Shown piece by piece: positions 1 to 7,962 of a stretch of DNA of 32,000 bases. Under the pieces are notes generated by a model. It made no database searches, was not told the origin of the DNA, and saw only the letters and a list, made by a program, of their open reading frames with translations. The translations under genes were made by a program, and so were the position numbers. The stretch's first letter is position 1; the number at the start of each line of letters is the position of its first letter. This DNA comes from Candidatus Borrarchaeum weybense (GTDB lineage Archaea; Asgardarchaeota; Sifarchaeia; Borrarchaeales; Borrarchaeaceae): positions 776,585 through 808,584 of the forward strand of contig JAHQJS010000004.1 of the NCBI GenBank assembly GCA_019057385.1, given 5' to 3'.

Positions 1-46
1 TTACAGGCTTGCGCCCGATGTATATGTTGTTGTCTCTTCCGGACAT
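1..46 (-). CDS. Alba-family protein, second tandem copy (5' fragment; gene runs off the left edge)
   Basis: The reverse complement of 1..46 reads ATG TCC GGA AGA GAC AAC AAC ATA TAC ATC GGG CGC AAG CCT GTA, giving [15 protein letters not shown]. This is identical to the N-terminus of the complete Alba ORF at 113..397. A GGAGGA box (55..60) lies 8 nt upstream of the ATG. Confidence 0.6.
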   Translation of the reverse strand, partial: MSGRDNNIYIGRKPV

Positions 47-62
47 ATGGACATTCCTCCGT
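1..62. repeat. 62-nt direct repeat, copy 1 (alba start plus leader)
   Basis: Bases 1..62 are identical, read by eye, to 352..413. The two copies diverge immediately after (ttctcaaac versus tgttttac). Confidence 0.9.
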
Positions 63-112
63 TCTCAAACAGGTTTGTTTTTTTATTGTGTATTAAGGTA
101 TTTTTGAGTTTT

Positions 113-397
113 TTACTTCTTCTTAGTAAGCGTAATTTCCATAGTACTTACGCTTCGAGTTCTTCCCCCTTCTTCGGCTAACTCCTCACTATCAATCTCG
201 ATCTTATCGACAAAAACGATGTCTTTCATAAAACGCTGTCTCACGATCTCGGCGACATCTACTGCTGTCGATATAGATCGACCTCTAGCTTTAAGCGTAC
301 AGAAGTCAGATCCTTGATTGAGTTGAGTGACGACTGCAAGGACGTAGTTCATTACAGGCTTGCGCCCGATGTATATGTTGTTGTCTCTTCCGGACAT
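113..397 (-). CDS. albA: Alba (Sso10b-type) DNA/RNA-binding chromatin protein
   Basis: 94-aa ORF. The segment [20 protein letters not shown]...[18 protein letters not shown] has the typical Alba length and core pattern. A GGAGGA box lies at 406..411. Confidence 0.9.
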   Translation of the reverse strand: MSGRDNNIYIGRKPVMNYVLAVVTQLNQGSDFCTLKARGRSISTAVDVAEIVRQRFMKDIVFVDKIEIDSEELAEEGGRTRSVSTMEITLTKKK

Positions 398-413
398 ATG
401 GACATTCCTCCGT
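352..413. repeat. 62-nt direct repeat, copy 2 (alba start plus leader)
   Basis: Identical to 1..62. Confidence 0.9.
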
Positions 414-608
414 GTTTTACATTGATTTAGATGTATTCTGATAGCGCACTATTTTTGATACCATCAACTTATATTATTGCATTATTTAAGCCTATGTAAA
501 CTTCTAAAACCTTAGTCATTTCTGTTTTTTAAGTGTTGTTAGAAATTATCACACAATATATAATTCAGTATTTAGAGTATCTATAAAGAATGTAAAAGAG
601 GCATTCAT

Positions 609-3032
609 ATGATTAACTTGAAAAAAGATTTTCTAGGTTCTTCTCTTATAATACTCATTCTTTTAAGCTTTATCATCATATTTCCCTTTCAATCTGAACA
701 TCAATTTTCAACGCTTCCTCCTAAAAGTATAGAAAATAGTCAAAGTATATATGACCACTCTTATATGCCAATAATCGATGATTCTCTCTTAACAATGCTA
801 GAAAATGATGCAGATAAATCGATCGATTTAATCATTACCTTTGGTGGAGATAATTCACACACAAAACCTAAGCAAATACTGAAACAGATACTTGGTGATG
901 ATTTTGCCAAACTAGATGTAAAATATGACCTTGAAATAATTGATGCTGTGCTTGTCAACGCTCCAGTTAATATTGTCCCCCGTCTTGCAGAAAACAATCT
1001 TGTGAGTGGCATTTGGGAAGATAAGAAAGTAACTGCTCTAAAAAGTGCAGATAGAATAATTGATTCTCAAATCGATTCATATCTTGATGAAAGCACAGGT
1101 TTAATAGGTGCTGAGGAAGTTTGGGCGCAAGGATTCGATGGTAATGGGATTATAGTTGCTATAGTTGATACCGGAATCGATTCTACACACCCAGATTTAT
1201 CTGGAAAGGTAACAGCGGCAAAATCCTTTGTTCAAGGAGAAGATACACAAGATTATGATGGTCATGGTACCCATGTAGCTGGAATTGTAGCGGGAACGGG
1301 GGTAGCGTCTTCTGGGAATTATAAAGGAATTGCTCCCGGAGCTTCACTGGTCAATGCAAAGGCTTTGGATAAAACGGGTGCAGGAACAGTGTCTGATGTG
1401 ATTGAAGCGATTGAATGGGCTTCAGATAAATCAGACATAATTTGTTTAAGCCTAGGCGCACCAGGGTCTCCAAACGATCCACTTGCACAAACAGTAAATA
1501 CAGCGGTAGAAAACGGAGTTATTGTTTGTGCTGCTGTTGGGAATGATGGTGACTTGGGATATATGACCGCTATGACTCCTGCCATTGCCTCAAAAGCGAT
1601 TTCTGTTGGTGCTACAGTTGGGGATTTAGAGGTTGCATCTTTTAGTAGCAAAGGCATTGCCCCTGATGGAAGGAGTGATCCAGATATCGTTGCACCAGGG
1701 TATCAAATTACTTCTACAGCATCTAGTAAAATCACTTCTTCAGATTATATTACTTGGAGTGGAACAAGTTTTTCTACACCTATGGTAGCTGGGGCAGCAG
1801 CATTACTACTTGATGCTACGGACAATTTGACTCCTGAGGGCGTTAAAGCAGCATTACTTGAATCTGCAACGGATTTGGATACCGATCCTAATGCACAGGG
1901 AGCTGGTCTTGTTAATGTAGAGGCCGCTTATCAGCTAATACAAAATAATGATAATTTGGTAACAATAACGCCTAATGTATTTCCAAGTGCGCCTTATGCC
2001 CCTGATGGAATTGTTTTTCCTGGAGATGCATTTGCATTTGATGTGGAGATAATATCAAATGAACTACTTTCCGACGTGACTGTGGGCTTTGAAGGTCTTG
2101 CGTGGTCTTTTGTCAAGGCTACACCTTCTTCCATTAGTAGTGTAGACAGATATGCCATTGTTACTGTATCAGTCATAATTCCGCCAGTGGCAGTTCCATT
2201 TACTTACTCAGGACGTTTGGTAGTTAAAGAGGCAGGAACGACAGTTGCGTCAAGTCAAATTGACTTGGAAGTTAGAGCTCCTATTGCTAGAGTTCTGTGG
2301 GATCAATCACATGATGCAGATGGATATTTTGGATACTATTATGGCGACAGTCCTTATAGTATGTTTTACAAATACTATGAAATACTCACAAAGCAAGGAA
2401 TTGATTTGGATGTAACGACTGGAACACTAACTAGTAGTTCATTAAGTGGATATGATGCATTAATACTTCCTGACCCAGAAACAATGCTTCAAAGCAGTGA
2501 AATCTCTTCAATTAAGAATTTTGTTTCTTCAGGAGGAGATTTACTTGTCCTTTCGAATCCTCCGGGCAGTATTGTTGTGGGGGATACAGATATAAATGAT
2601 GTAATACTTGATTTCTCAAGTTTAAATCAACTAACTGAGGTTTATGGAATCACTTGTATTCCAACAGTTGTGGAGGCAGACGAATTAACACTTTCAGATC
2701 ACACTATTACAAGGAATGTTCAATCAGTATTTTATTTAGGTTGCGCATTAAGTGTTAACAGTCCAGCCAAATCAATCGGAAAAGCGGGTTCATATGACGT
2801 TCTTGCAGTTTGGGAGAGTGGACTTAGCAAAGTGTTGGTGTTTGGATCGGAGTTGGATTTCTGGGATCTTCTGATTGATATCGAGGGATTCTCCCATACT
2901 CAACTGGCGAAAAACACCGTAACATGGTTAACATTTCCGTCTACGCTATTAATTGTTTATATAGTTCTTATCGTTGTCCCAATAATACTTGTAAGCATTT
3001 ATCTCTACAGACGTTCAAAAAAACAGTTCTAG
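609..3032 (+). CDS. Membrane-anchored subtilisin-like serine protease (peptidase S8) with a large C-terminal extension
   Basis: Catalytic motifs are present: VAIVDTGIDSTHPDL (Asp), DGHGTHVAGIVAG (His), AAVGNDG (oxyanion Asn) and SGTSFSTPMVAGAAALL (Ser). There is an N-terminal hydrophobic signal/anchor and a C-terminal TM helix plus basic tail (LLIVYIVLIVVPIILVSIYLYRRSKKQF). The roughly 250 aa between them (ARVLWDQSHDADGYFG...YDALILPDPE...GGDLLVLS) resemble a ThuA/GATase1-like alpha/beta domain; this last point is low certainty. Confidence 0.9.
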   Translation: MINLKKDFLGSSLIILILLSFIIIFPFQSEHQFSTLPPKSIENSQSIYDHSYMPIIDDSLLTMLENDADKSIDLIITFGGDNSHTKPKQILKQILGDDFAKLDVKYDLEIIDAVLVNAPVNIVPRLAENNLVSGIWEDKKVTALKSADRIIDSQIDSYLDESTGLIGAEEVWAQGFDGNGIIVAIVDTGIDSTHPDLSGKVTAAKSFVQGEDTQDYDGHGTHVAGIVAGTGVASSGNYKGIAPGASLVNAKALDKTGAGTVSDVIEAIEWASDKSDIICLSLGAPGSPNDPLAQTVNTAVENGVIVCAAVGNDGDLGYMTAMTPAIASKAISVGATVGDLEVASFSSKGIAPDGRSDPDIVAPGYQITSTASSKITSSDYITWSGTSFSTPMVAGAAALLLDATDNLTPEGVKAALLESATDLDTDPNAQGAGLVNVEAAYQLIQNNDNLVTITPNVFPSAPYAPDGIVFPGDAFAFDVEIISNELLSDVTVGFEGLAWSFVKATPSSISSVDRYAIVTVSVIIPPVAVPFTYSGRLVVKEAGTTVASSQIDLEVRAPIARVLWDQSHDADGYFGYYYGDSPYSMFYKYYEILTKQGIDLDVTTGTLTSSSLSGYDALILPDPETMLQSSEISSIKNFVSSGGDLLVLSNPPGSIVVGDTDINDVILDFSSLNQLTEVYGITCIPTVVEADELTLSDHTITRNVQSVFYLGCALSVNSPAKSIGKAGSYDVLAVWESGLSKVLVFGSELDFWDLLIDIEGFSHTQLAKNTVTWLTFPSTLLIVYIVLIVVPIILVSIYLYRRSKKQF

Positions 3033-3202
3033 CATTATGAAAAAGCCTAAATAATAAAGTAGTGCTTTCCCTTTGCAGTCATGAAGCAAATATTAACATA
3101 TAAGAAATAATATTTTCCTCTAAAATGTCACAAAAAACAGAAATAGAAACAAAGAAAAAGCTGTTTTGCAGTTAATACATGTAGTAACAAGCATATAGAC
3201 AG

Positions 3203-3457
3203 GTGATAAATGTGGTTGTTGGAACTATCAATAAAATTACAGGCATACTTTACATTATGGCGGGTATAATCTTAATGGTAATAGGCGTAATTCTCGTCCA
3301 GCTAATACAGAATCTTTTACCTGTTATAGCGGCCTTTACTGGTTTTACTGTGCCTACAGAATATTTTTATGCTATAGCAGCACTTCTGATCCTTCCATGG
3401 ATTTTCTTTATCATCCACGGAATCGCACATTATCTTATTGGTCGTCAAATAGAGTAG
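3203..3457 (+). CDS. Small hydrophobic membrane protein (hypothetical)
   Basis: 84-aa ORF with a GTG start and 2-3 predicted TM stretches. It is followed by three oligo-T tracts. No recognisable family. Confidence 0.4.
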   Translation: MINVVVGTINKITGILYIMAGIILMVIGVILVQLIQNLLPVIAAFTGFTVPTEYFYAIAALLILPWIFFIIHGIAHYLIGRQIE

Positions 3458-3489
3458 CAAAGCAAAGCAAAGCTGCTCTTTCAAAATTC

Positions 3490-3548
3490 TTTTTTGAACT
3501 TTTATTTTAATGGGAACCTTTTTTTGACTCGTTTAAAGCCCTTTTTTT
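3490..3548 (+). terminator. Cluster of oligo-T tracts (archaeal-type termination signals)
   Basis: T6 at 3490..3495, T7 at 3519..3525 and T7 at 3542..3548, all directly downstream of the 3203..3457 ORF. Confidence 0.35.
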
Positions 3549-3560
3549 CTAAATTATTGT

Positions 3561-3600
3561 GCGGAAGAATTTTCTACATAAGCGGAAGGATTTTCCACAT
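3561..3600 (+). promoter_or_regulatory. Two 19-bp direct repeats with 21-bp period abutting a TATA-like box
   Basis: gcggaagaattttctacat (3561..3579) and gcggaaggattttccacat (3582..3600) match at 17/19 positions. They are followed at once by tataaataaaat (3603..3614). The ATG of the next ORF is at 3660. Confidence 0.35.
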
Positions 3601-3659
3601 TCTATAAATAAAATAATGAGAGATTTCAATCAAAAAAGAACAGTACAGGATTTGCTCAA

Positions 3660-3926
3660 ATGTCACCAAGATATGTATGTCCAATTTGTCTGATGGAAGA
3701 AGATAGACATCACAAATTAATTGAAAATGAAAATGAACGTGAAAACAATCTTCTTGCTGTGAAACGAATCCCAATTCTCGTAAAGCGTGATGAATCTACT
3801 CAAGTACGGTTTATTCTTACAACGATTCATGAACATTGTTATGAATCCTATATGTCTCCACTTTCACAAAGTGGTCTAAAAAATGGGGTAGTTAGAATTA
3901 AAAAAATAGTCGATGTATTTAAGTAA
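3660..3926 (+). CDS. Hypothetical small protein with CxxC and HxHC residues
   Basis: 88-aa ORF beginning MSPRYVCPICLMEEDRHHK...TIHEHCYESY, downstream of a TATA-like box. No family recognised. Confidence 0.4.
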   Translation: MSPRYVCPICLMEEDRHHKLIENENERENNLLAVKRIPILVKRDESTQVRFILTTIHEHCYESYMSPLSQSGLKNGVVRIKKIVDVFK

Positions 3927-3966
3927 CCTAGAACGGTCATAATCGACTATAACTAATTTTATATAC

Positions 3967-4776
3967 TTGTTATTTTTATTGAAAATTGAAATGATTTCTT
4001 GGATTTTGGCTTTTATTATAGCTATTTGGTGTTTAGTTAAACGGTTTAGGAAAGATGGTAAAGTTAGTGAATATCCACTGGGAATGCCGCGAGGTACTGT
4101 GAGAGCTTATATTGCTATTATTGTTGTAGCGTTTCCTTTTAATTATTTAATTGTAAATCAAGAGATCCCAAGAGTTGTAACAAGTGCAATTTTTATCTTG
4201 GTAGCATTTTATTTTGAAACACGTAAAACTAAGAGAGAGAGACTATCACTACTTATTCATGAAGTGAAACACCCTGAAAAAGCTGAGGAGGAAAAAAGAA
4301 AAGAAAAATATCCTCTTTATATTCCGAAATATTCTGTAAGGAGCTTATTAGTCCTTATGTTAGCTTCCATATTATATGTTAATTTTTACGGACCTAATGT
4401 CACCTTTGAAGTCACTAATACGTTAATAGATATCTTTATTATTATTGTTTTCTTCATACTAGGTTCAATATTTCGAAGAATTGGATCAAGCGGAGAAGAA
4501 AGAGAGTTCAAAGACCAGGTTAGGATGAAACTAAAAGAAACACCTAGAATCTCTGATATTTCAATGATAAAATATATAGAGGAACAAGAGTCAGGCTGGA
4601 TACAAAAATCATTCAAAAATTTTGTTTCTATTTTAACACTATTTGCAATTCTTACTGCATTAGCGATGTATACAATAGATTTGGATTATGATCTTTTAAT
4701 TCTGCCGCTATATGCGTTTACAGTACGTTCTACTTTGTTTTTAATGATTAATGTCTACTATGGTTTTAGAGAATGA
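3967..4776 (+). CDS. Polytopic membrane protein (hypothetical)
   Basis: 269-aa ORF with three pairs of hydrophobic helices separated by Lys/Glu-rich linkers. TTG start at 3967; an ATG at 3991 (MISWILAF) is an alternative start. Confidence 0.55.
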   Translation: MLFLLKIEMISWILAFIIAIWCLVKRFRKDGKVSEYPLGMPRGTVRAYIAIIVVAFPFNYLIVNQEIPRVVTSAIFILVAFYFETRKTKRERLSLLIHEVKHPEKAEEEKRKEKYPLYIPKYSVRSLLVLMLASILYVNFYGPNVTFEVTNTLIDIFIIIVFFILGSIFRRIGSSGEEREFKDQVRMKLKETPRISDISMIKYIEEQESGWIQKSFKNFVSILTLFAILTALAMYTIDLDYDLLILPLYAFTVRSTLFLMINVYYGFRE

Positions 4777-4850
4777 ACTATTTTCTCTTAAGAACAGACT
4801 TATAATTATACGAGAATCTGTTTCCACCAGAAAAAATGATGTTCCGTGAC

Positions 4851-5702
4851 TTATCTTTCAAGGAATTCAACTGTTAAGTCTTTACGAGATAACATTTTAT
4901 GCGGATTATTAATGATGTTTTCTAAGATTGAGAGCATTTCGTTCTTTTCTTCTGGAAGACTCCCGCAAAAGTTTGTGTAATTTGAGAGATGATCATTAAA
5001 TACATCACTAGTTACTCTTAATTCTTTTAATATCGAATATTCCTCTTTCAAAACTTCACGTGGTCGTAACTCCTTAAAAATGCCTAACAACATATCGAGA
5101 TAGAGTGGTGAATTAGGCAAGATGTGTAATGTCCTGAAGCGGATCATATGAGGTTTGATTGAATTTAGAATACGCGTTGTTTCAATAATGTGTTCTTTAG
5201 AGAATTTCTTGCCTCCGAGACCTAGAATCACATTAACGGAGAGCTTGAATCCCATATGCATAACTTTCTTGCTTGCGTTAATTATTTCCTCTGGAGTTAT
5301 TCCTTTCTTACACATTTTGAGAAGTGAAGCGCTCCCAGTCTCTATTCCCATATAGATTGTTTGTAATCCATAGTCATGAAGTTTTATCAGTTCATCATTC
5401 TTTTTCTCCAGTATATCCGAGGCTCTAGCGTAACTGCTTATGTGTTGAGGATGAGGGAAGTTTTGATTAATGAATTGAAGTACATCGCACAACACTTTTG
5501 TTTCGGAGCTAATAGCACTGCTGCCACCTAAAAAGAAGTTAGTAGCAAAACTTAACGATGACTTTATTCTTTCTAAATCTTTAAAAATATCTGTTCGAGA
5601 GCGTTTTCTAAAAAATTGTGCTCTTGGATCTTTATATAGCCAACAAAATGTACATAGATTCCAAGCACATCCTTCAGTAATCTCAATTGACGCACTGTAC
5701 AC
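4851..5702 (-). CDS. Radical SAM domain protein (non-canonical CX4CX2C cluster motif)
   Basis: The N-terminal IEITEGCAWNLCTFC is followed by GGSS (a GGE-like SAM motif) and IYMGIETGS. This is typical radical-SAM TIM-barrel organisation. GTG start; a stop codon lies 12 codons upstream in frame. Confidence 0.85.
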   Translation of the reverse strand: MYSASIEITEGCAWNLCTFCWLYKDPRAQFFRKRSRTDIFKDLERIKSSLSFATNFFLGGSSAISSETKVLCDVLQFINQNFPHPQHISSYARASDILEKKNDELIKLHDYGLQTIYMGIETGSASLLKMCKKGITPEEIINASKKVMHMGFKLSVNVILGLGGKKFSKEHIIETTRILNSIKPHMIRFRTLHILPNSPLYLDMLLGIFKELRPREVLKEEYSILKELRVTSDVFNDHLSNYTNFCGSLPEEKNEMLSILENIINNPHKMLSRKDLTVEFLER

Positions 5703-5774
5703 TTCACACGGAGGACGAACGTGAATGCCTTGAGCTATAACTACAATACAACCCTCCAGTTCACATACTAGGGC

Positions 5775-6128
5775 TCAATAAGCAACGCCCCTACCTTTAA
5801 CTCTTAATTCATCTTCAGCTAGTTTCCATACCTCGCCCTCGACATCCCACGTTGTTCCAATATCTTTGATTTTCATTTCTTTGTCTAACACAAGATATAT
5901 CTTATCCTCATGCTTCTGAACGATCATAATGTGGTTTCGTAATTTTTCTGGAAGTGAGTCATACCATTTGAATATCCTTTCGTCTCTGTCTCTATTCCAT
6001 TGAACAATAACGTCTTTGTATAAAGTGAATCCATAGCGATATTGATCTGCTTCTTCTTTGTTTGGGAAATTGTCTGGATATCGAATTTTTCCTTTTGGAT
6101 GATCTATTTTTATTGATACAGATGACAT
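5775..6128 (-). CDS. Hypothetical protein (117 aa, Trp/Lys/Asp-rich)
   Basis: ORF on the same strand, lying between the polyferredoxin gene and the radical SAM gene. No family recognised. Confidence 0.5.
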   Translation of the reverse strand: MSSVSIKIDHPKGKIRYPDNFPNKEEADQYRYGFTLYKDVIVQWNRDRDERIFKWYDSLPEKLRNHIMIVQKHEDKIYLVLDKEMKIKDIGTTWDVEGEVWKLAEDELRVKGRGVAY

Positions 6129-6303
6129 TCTTTAATCCACCTTTATTTCAGAGTTCATTGATCAGTGAATCAATGGTAGATTATCTTAACTGAATAAGTG
6201 CTGGTTCTTTTAAAAAATTTAACTTATGCGGAGGAAATTCCCTTTCTGATGGATGGCTCGTTCAAATAAAAAAAGAAGGTAACGAAGAGCGCATTAAAAG
6301 GTG

Positions 6304-7233
6304 TTAGATAAATGACAAAGACAAAGCATCATGTTTACAGGCGTTGACACACTCAAGACACAAAATACAGTTATCATCGCGAACCTTTTCTAATTCTTCG
6401 CCTGCGCCGGTATCCAATAAACGTACACCCATTGGACATACCTTCATACAATCATCGCATTCTCCTTTCGGACATCGAATTGGATTTCTTTTAAGCGTTA
6501 AGAGACCATATTTTCCACAATATCCTAATATTCCACCTAGCGGACAGAAGTATCTGCACCATGCCCTAGGCACATATACTGAAACCAAAACAATGATTAC
6601 AAGGACTGCGACACGAATCCAGAGAAGAACTGGCCAACCACCTAATTGATAAAGTTTTTCATAAGAGGGAGGAAGGAAAAATAGGATATTTGCAAAGAAA
6701 TGCGGTAAAAAACTAAATAGCGTAGCAGCAGGATCAATCGGCGCAAAAGAATTATTTGCAAAAGGACCAAAAGCCCCTACTATCCCTGTACTACTTCTTT
6801 GTAGTCGTCTAATTCCAATAATAGTTGATATCAAAATTGTAGCAATTAAAATATAAAGTCTTATTTGTCTCAAGGAGTTGTCATTTTGCCGAGTTATCGG
6901 TTTGACATGCTTTTTAGGTCGAATATATGAAAGAAGGTCTTCAACAAATCCAAAAGGACACGCCCAAGCACAGGGTGTGCGACCTAAAAATACAGCCGTA
7001 AGTAAAATAATTCCTATTGCGAGTAAAGGAAAAATACCAAATGCAAGTGACGTCAAGAGGATGTCATAGGCCCCGGCAACCGTTGTATAAGGCGCTCCTG
7101 TTGGTTGTATAAAAGGAACGATTATTGCTGCGAAAGCCAAATCAAAAAGGACTCCAAATACTATAAGGAAGACACACAGTTGAATTATTGATCGAAATAA
7201 TCTCATTTTGTTTCTAATAAGCCATGGGTGCAT
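6304..7233 (-). CDS. NapH/MauN-like membrane-bound 4Fe-4S polyferredoxin
   Basis: Multiple TM helices. It carries the two CxxCP motifs typical of this family (CAWACPFG, CRYFCPLG) plus two ferredoxin-type clusters near the C-terminus (CPKGECDDCMKVCPMG, CILCLECVNACKHDA). Confidence 0.8.
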   Translation of the reverse strand: MHPWLIRNKMRLFRSIIQLCVFLIVFGVLFDLAFAAIIVPFIQPTGAPYTTVAGAYDILLTSLAFGIFPLLAIGIILLTAVFLGRTPCAWACPFGFVEDLLSYIRPKKHVKPITRQNDNSLRQIRLYILIATILISTIIGIRRLQRSSTGIVGAFGPFANNSFAPIDPAATLFSFLPHFFANILFFLPPSYEKLYQLGGWPVLLWIRVAVLVIIVLVSVYVPRAWCRYFCPLGGILGYCGKYGLLTLKRNPIRCPKGECDDCMKVCPMGVRLLDTGAGEELEKVRDDNCILCLECVNACKHDALSLSFI

Positions 7234-7401
7234 TAAAGTCGCGTCCTTTCAATAATTTTTTCGAAGTTAAAGAATAATCCACTTATACACGGAAATTGCT
7301 ATACAAATGAGAGCTATCACAGAGTTTAGTAAACACTCAATACGATACCTTTCTTCTATTAGCATTCCAGTTTTTCATGATTTGAGAGGCAGTATTATCA
7401 T

Positions 7402-7791
7402 AAAACCGTGAACTACTCCACCCTGACGGATGAAGTTTCCTGCGAGTCCTCCCAACCCTTGCGGGAAACTCTCGTTTTACGATCGGCTGTGTGTCGCAGA
7501 TCATCCTCTTGTGAGGATGGCCTGTCCACCTGGCATTCTGTGATAGGAACCTTCAGTTCCAGCATCACATCATACGGGTTCGTCAAATGCTATTGTCCTT
7601 TTACCTTCGCAGTTAACCGCGCTGGTTAGCAACTGTACGAATCCTCGCTCACAGGGTCGCCTCTTCAATCATCCTACCGGGAGTTTTGTATCCCTGCCTT
7701 CCTCTCGATATTCATCACCACCCTTCTGGGCAAAACACTTTATAAAGCTAGCGGCTTTCATCCCCTACCTGACAGAAGGGAACTTTCCGCC
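7402..7791 (-). ncRNA. rnpB: Structured GC-rich RNA, most likely RNase P RNA (atypical layout; family call unverified)
   Basis: A GC-rich island of about 390 nt in AT-rich DNA with no credible ORF. A TATA-like box (minus-strand TTTAGATATA, 7813..7822) is centred about 26 nt upstream of a GGCGG start at 7791. An oligo-U tract (GGUUUUA, 7401..7407) lies at the 3' end. A terminal helix pairs GGCGGAAAGUUCC (7791..7779) with GGAAACUUCAUCCGUC (7440..7425) and includes a G.U pair that would be C.A on the plus strand. There is a GNRA hairpin CCC-GCAA-GGG (7456..7465), plus hairpins at 7512..7529 and 7546..7560. From memory, several strings resemble RNase P conserved regions: GCGGAAAGUUCC (CR-I-like), GCAGGAAACUUCAUCCGUCAG (CR-V-like), GGUAGGAUGAUUGAAGAGG, GGUAAAAGG, ACAAUAGC and GAACCCGUA. 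Confidence 0.5.
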
Positions 7792-7812
7792 GATAATGTT
7801 AAAAACATGATG

Positions 7813-7822
7813 TATATCTAAA
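7813..7822 (-). promoter_or_regulatory. TATA-like box for the structured RNA
   Basis: The minus strand reads TTTAGATATA. Its distance to the first G of GGCGG fits the archaeal -26 spacing. Confidence 0.4.
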
Positions 7823-7962
7823 GCACACTATTTCCTAACTAGAACACTTACGCTTATTTAGTCTTTTCAATTAATTTGAAAACGCAAAACCTGAGATTCT
7901 ATTCGGAATTTGAGTTAAATGAGCGCTTAAACAACCTTAATTAACTTTGGGAAACACCAAAC

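Noticed and set aside
761-2176. Minus-strand ORFs (761..1012, 1319..1657, 1994..2176) inside the S8 protease gene
   Set aside because: They are antisense shadow ORFs within a gene that has clear catalytic motifs. None shows an independent signal.
3458-3476. (CAAAG)x3 microsatellite and other short repeats as a possible CRISPR array
   Set aside because: It is only about 17 nt of pentanucleotide repeat with no repeat-spacer architecture. I saw no CRISPR-like array anywhere in the window.
3561-3600. Similarity between the GCGGAA...TTCCAC direct repeats at 3.56 kb and the GCGGAA-N13-TTCCAC hairpin of the 56-bp TnpB-end repeat
   Set aside because: They share only two hexamers with different spacing (7 versus 13 nt), and the flanks are unrelated. 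This is most likely chance in AT-rich DNA.
4790-4835. Inverted repeat GAACAGA...TCTGTT between convergent genes as a structured element
   Set aside because: The stem is only 6 bp with an 18-nt loop. It is at most a weak terminator hairpin and is not distinctive.
7408-7629. 73-aa plus-strand ORF inside the GC-rich island
   Set aside because: It lies entirely within the structured-RNA region. It has no ribosome-binding context and a Ser/Cys/Arg-rich, GC-driven composition. The region is better explained as an ncRNA on the opposite strand.
7402-7791. Alternative identity of the structured RNA as SRP (7S) RNA
   Set aside because: The terminal 5'/3' helix and the GGCGG start are compatible with SRP RNA. 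However, I could not find the helix-8 signature, a GGAA tetraloop closed by C-G pairs with flanking AGCA/GGU-type loops. The internal strings fit RNase P conserved regions better. This is kept only as an alternative to test with covariance models.
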